A program made the translations under genes and the position numbers. A DNA stretch of 61,133 nt, counting the filler. It is 13 parts of 13 records of this genome, joined end to end, with 100 filler letters (N's around TTAATTAATTAA, not from the genome) between each part and the next. Parts side by side here need not be neighbours in the genome. Positions count along the whole stretch, not along the records: positions 52,762 to 56,990 come from SRR15195285_10486; positions 57,091 to 61,133 come from SRR15195285_10487; 11 more parts are not named here. One strand, given 5' to 3'. Below the pieces are notes generated by a model. That model did no database searches. It had not been told where the DNA came from and was given only the letters and a program-made list of their open reading frames with translations. Shown here in pieces: positions 56,571 to 61,133 of this stretch. Positions within the stretch are counted from its first letter, which is position 1; the number at the start of each line of letters is the position of its first letter.

Positions 56571-57330
56571 ACCGCACCCAGAAGATCCTCACTGGACCAC
56601 TCCACGCTGCGCAGCCACACTGTCCGCCGTTCACTCGGCTGGGGCTCCAGTGTCGACGCGCAAGTGCCTACATCACCTGCCGGCTCCAAAAACCACCAGA
56701 ACCACCTGGCGTATTCACCCCCTCTCTCCGCGCCTTCGCGCAACGCTTGGAAACACAGCAATCTCCGCAGTTGACGATACGGGCGAACAACAGCAGGCCA
56801 AGCGAACTCTTCCCCAGTCAGTAGGATTTGAGCAAACAGGGCGATCGAACGAAATTTCCTCGACTGGGGCGATCGCTTTCTCCACGAAGACCTCGGAGAC
56901 CTGTAACACAGCGCGCGAGCTGAGAGGCAGACCTACAGAGGGACACAGACTGACCCCAGTCAACAGTGCGGGACGGGCACGCTGTCTCCCNNNNNNNNNN
57001 NNNNNNNNNNNNNNNNNNNNNNNNNNNNNNNNNNTTAATTAATTAANNNNNNNNNNNNNNNNNNNNNNNNNNNNNNNNNNNNNNNNNNNNTCTCTCTCCC
57101 ACACGAATAGGCATCTTCCATGTATCCGTCGTGGATCCACTGGTCAGGCAGCAAATGTTCCAAATGTCAGAATGTCGCGAATATATATGATACTACTAGT
57201 AGTAGTATGCAATATGCATGGGGCAATGGGGCGCATGCATGCAGGAGCTGTAGCCTCTAGCTAGTGGTACGGCGGTGGCAGAGCAGTGGCAGAGCTGGGC
57301 AGGGCAGGCTGGGCTGGGCTCTGGGCTGCG

Positions 57331-59220
57331 ATGGAGACGCTGACTGTGCCTGAGATCAAGGCGCAGCTCAGGGCGTACGTGCCTACACTCGGACCGCCCA
57401 ATCTCATCATCGCGAGCGCGCTGCTGTACCGTAGATCGCTTTTCAGTGGGCATTCCCAGGCGCCTATGTGAACGAGTGCGCTTGCTTGGCTCGGAGCAGG
57501 TACGGCTTGGCGCCTGGAGCTGGGCGAAAGGCGGAGCTGCTGGAGCGGCTGCGGCAGGCGAGGGCGGCCGATGCGGCGGAGGATGCGATGCTGCAAGAGG
57601 CGCAGGAGCCGGAGAGCCTGGCCGCGGTGCCCGGGCTGTCGCTGCCCTTCCCGCTGAGCGAGATCAGCCCGCCGCCCAGATCGCGGCACCACTCCCCGTC
57701 GCCTGATGCGCGCTCTGCGCATCAGGCCCCGGCTGCGTTCATTGACGAGGCCGAGACATTCTCGGAGCTTGTGTACCGGCCGCACACGCTGACCGCACTA
57801 CTCTTCGGCGGAGGGCTGCTGGTGCTCTGGGGCTTCCAGGACCAAGAGGGCATGGAGCGCAAGCAGTCGTGGGCGCAAGGCATCCAGGCCTGCGCCTGCT
57901 GCTTCCTGCTCTACGCGACGCTGCAGTTTCGCGACTCGATCCTGATGCGGCCACACCCAGCTTTCTGGCGGTTTGTGCATGCGTCGGCCATCATATACTT
58001 CCTCGGGCTCGTGTTTCTCTTCATGCAGCCCAAACGCTGGGGTCGAGAGTGGCTGCAGGCCTTCGACTCTGAGCTGGGAATACAGAAACCGCTCGAAAAC
58101 ACGAAGGAGTACGCCACGGACTGCCGGCTGGTGGATGACGGCGGCTTCCCGAGCCAGGTGTTCACAGACACATTCTTTGACATCTTCGTCTTCTCGCATT
58201 TCGTCGGCTGGTTCGGTTTCGCGCTGATCATGCGCGACACAAAGGTGTGCTGGAGCATGTCGATCCTCTTCGAGGTGCTCGAGGTGAGTGCGCAAGACGT
58301 GATGGTGAACTTCCAAGAGTGCTGGTGGGACCACACCATCCTCGACTTGTGTGGCGCCAACGCGCTTGGAATCTACGTCGGGATGCAGATAGTCCACTAC
58401 TATGAGCTCAAGCAGTACAACTGGGTGGGCCTGCGCGACATTCCGAAACTTCGAGATAAAATGAAGCGAGTGGCATCCCAAGTCTCGCAGCCGGCGTCGT
58501 TCGAAGGTTACGACTGGGATGTCTTCTCATCTGGCCGGCGGTTTGCCTGTGTACTCTTCATAATCTGCTTGCTCGACGCAGTGCAGCTCTCGGTATTTTT
58601 CCTCAAGTATGCCCTCTGGATGCCGCCGAACCACTGGATGGTCATGACGCGGACGATCCTGTGGGTTTTCCTAGCGATTCCCGCTTGCCGCGAGTTTTAC
58701 CAGTTTACAGTCAACGATAACGATCCTTGGGTGCGGCTTGGCCCGAATGGTGCGCGAACATTAGTTTATCCGTGCATGTCTGCTAGCTTGAGCCGTCACC
58801 CATATTGGACATTTGCCACAACCTTCTGACATCGCCACGTTGGTGAAACACGTTGTGGTTTGCACAGGTTGGATCTCCATCGCCATATTTTGTGCGGAAG
58901 TGGCGGTTTCCATCAAGTACGGCCAAGGAGAGTACGAGCAGAAGGACTCGATGCGTCAGGAGACGATCTACTGCTGGGGAGCCAGCACGTGCGCTCTCTT
59001 GCTCTGGATGCTGCTCTACTTCCCGCACACGAGTCCAACAACAAAGCTGCGTTCCGAGAACCGAGGCAAATTGCTGCTTGACTGTCTGTTCATCTCAATT
59101 CCGCTGCCGCTGCTCGGGATGGCACTCAAAGAGTGTCTCAGGACATTTGATGACTTTGGAGTGAGCCTTTACTTCTTCAACCGAACGGTACATGCCGCAG
59201 CGCTGAGTGTTGATGCCTGA
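57331..59220 (+). CDS. PTDSS: Phosphatidylserine synthase (base-exchange, PTDSS/PSS family) with N-terminal SAP domain, 3 exons
   Basis: YRPHTLTAL, RPHPAFWR, HFVGW, SILFEVLE, NFQECWWDHTILDLCGANALGI, FFLKYALWMPPNH; intron 57375-57499 assembles LTVPEIKAQLRAYGLAPGAGRKAELLERL; second intron at GPNG|WIS. Confidence 0.9.
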
Positions 59221-59376
59221 GATGATGTTAGGATCTCCTTGTTTCGCTGGCGTTTGGCACCGGTATGTTGGATGGCATGCAGACATTGATTTTTCTATCC
59301 ATACTCGGCCGGTGGGCGTGGAGTTCATTTGTTACGTACTGTTGGCAAATTAAGCGCGCCTCGTCTTCTCTCCCTA

Positions 59377-61133
59377 TCAGCGCAGCGTCACTGAAGCATG
59401 GACGCAGGGGCCGCTTGTCCCGCTGTCTCCTTCCGGATCATGCGGCTGGTGCCCACCTGCCCAAAGTGTATACGTACCCGGAACAACCCTGCGCGCACCA
59501 TCTGCCATCGCCGTCTCCAGTGAATTTCGGCTCACTGTCATGGTCACCTGTTGCTTGGCGCCAACCTTGGCATCCATCTCGATTCTGCTGAAGGCGACCA
59601 GATTATGCACAGGGGTAACCAACCCAGGCACTGAGGCACCCGAAAAATACAGCTGCACCACCTAGGAATTGCAACGACCAGTTGCACAGCAAGTCTCTGG
59701 ATCAAATGAGTATAGAACGAGTAGCAAGGTCATTGTTGAGCGGAGAAGGTACCTCCCCAACACCAGCTGCAGCCAGTGACGATGTGTCTAGTACACTATC
59801 ATTAAGGCTAAGCGTGACAGTGGCGTTCAGCCCACCATCCTGAAGCAGCTCCACTTGCAACGCCTCGTAGCTAAACCGGTGGAAAGAGAGACCAAAACCG
59901 AAGTTGTGCACTATCAGAGATCGGTTGGTGATGTAGCGGTGTGTGCGCCCGAGTCCAATGTCCAGGTCAAAACTTAGGATCGAGAGCGCTGGGTCGTTTG
60001 CCATCCCGTCAGCCCATGCCTGCGTCGCAGCAATCGTGACAGGTCAGGCCGAGACAGAATGGTGCTGTACTGAACAACTCAGAGTAGATCTAAACGAGAG
60101 CTTAGCGGATTGGCAACCTGTTTGTAGAACGTCTCTGGCAGGCGAGCAGTCGGGGAGTACGAGCCAAAGAGCACACGAACTAGCCCGTCGCCGCTTGCCT
60201 GTCCACCATATGGCTGCCAGAGCACAGCATCAGCCACCGTCTCGTCCACTTCGATTCCCCCAGCGCTGACTAAAACGACGATCAGTTGTTTGCCGTGTGA
60301 GTGCACTGCTTTGGCTACAGCGTTGTACAGCAGTTGCTGAGAGTAAGGCAGCGTCATGTTGGGACGGTCACAGCCTTCTCCCTCCACTTTCTCGCCGAGA
60401 CCCACAGCCAGCACCGTAATATCTGCTGTTTGTGCTAGTGAAACGGCGTCGTCCACTGCCGATGCGGCCGTACCATCAGGCTCGCAGGGAACCCAGTGCG
60501 ACGGCAAGGTGGAGTCGCAGCGCGTAGCACAGGTATCGTTGCTGCCTTGCGCGTATGATACTGCTGGCCAGCCGAGCTGAGCTGCCATGGAGCTGATACT
60601 TGATGCAAAGTCGTTGGTGAAACTCGGAGTGCCTGCGTAGTCGTGAGCGTAGCAAAGGCCACCAGCACAACGTGCAAACGGTCCAACCACGGCGAGACGT
60701 TTTTGTGCAGCCTGTGTGACCCGGTTTGCCTTGCCGAGTGGCAGGAGACCTAAGTTCTTGATCATGACGGTGGATTTTGCGGCTGCTTCAGCTGCCAGTT
60801 CCCGGTGCGTGGAGCCATCGAGCAGGTCCCAATCCAGTGCAGACGATTCGTTTGCATACGGATAGTCTGTGCTGTGCTGATCAAAAAATCCAAGCTTGAG
60901 CTCTGTCTCGATCGCCCGCGTGCCAATGGCCACCACGTCTGAGTGTTTGATCGTTCCATTTTTCAGCCCTTCCATCAGTAGTGGGCGGTACATGTTGGCA
61001 TCAAAGCCGAAGTAGGCTCCACCACCAGCGCTAATGTACCGAGCTAAGGCTTCGGCAGGAGTAATTTTCAAGAATGTCTTAACGGATCCGACGCTGTCGC
61101 AACAGTCGGTTTGGATAATAGCATCAGACTGCC
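59377..61133 (-). CDS. GH3 beta-xylosidase/glucosidase, C-terminal part with Fn3-like domain (5' end outside window)
   Basis: IIQTDCC nucleophile region, AAAKSTVMIKN, LAVVGP, EGEGCDRPNMTLP, PYGGQ, ARLPETFY, GRTHRY, FGFGLSF, GE|VVQLY; two introns. Confidence 0.92.

Noticed and set aside
55898-57042. Long + strand ORFs (308 aa, 199 aa)
   Set aside because: Antisense shadows of the GC-rich MLO gene and its upstream region.
1-61133. Operon or gene-cluster interpretation of neighbouring CAZymes, DgoK-like and Ca2+-signalling genes
   Set aside because: The genes lie on separate contigs joined arbitrarily, so linkage cannot be inferred.
1-61133. rRNA, tRNA, snRNA genes, reverse transcriptase or viral hallmark genes, altered genetic code
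   Set aside because: None recognised by eye, and conserved genes translate cleanly with the standard code once spliced; small ncRNAs could have been missed without covariance models.

Overview
Gene-dense eukaryotic (protist) DNA made of 13 unrelated contigs joined by artificial 100-bp spacers (44 N, TTAATTAATTAA, 44 N), so adjacency across spacers carries no meaning. Genes have short spliceosomal introns (about 70-190 nt, donors often GTGCG/GTGAG/GTAAG). Housekeeping and signalling genes: COG5, a CAMK-group kinase, a TRIP12/UFD4-type HECT ligase, a phosphatidylserine synthase with an N-terminal SAP domain, a kinesin with an F-box-like module, a 14-exon bestrophin-EF-hand, an MLO-EF-hand protein and two LRR proteins. 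Secreted or digestive proteins: GH5-like, GH3, a putative GHL15-like hydrolase, an esterase-GH59 fusion, an LTD-DNase I with a GPI-like tail, and CUB/PAN proteins. Several genes look bacterial in origin but sit in eukaryotic context (DgoK-like, beta-helix protein, LRR-pseudokinase). The best candidate for an undescribed system is a secreted polyprotein in which two complete, unrelated enzymes are joined by a short FK-SDD linker, a possible processing site. A second possible processing motif, GHRR, appears in the CUB protein. Also notable: a BRCT-SHP-VIM-UIM-SIM-SAP protein resembling a protease-less Wss1-type p97 adaptor, and an unusual AG|GT bias at intron 3' ends. The source looks like a heterotrophic marine protist single-cell or metagenome assembly; Picozoa is an unverified guess. 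No rRNA, tRNA or CRISPR array was seen. All domain calls are by-eye motif recognition, not database searches.
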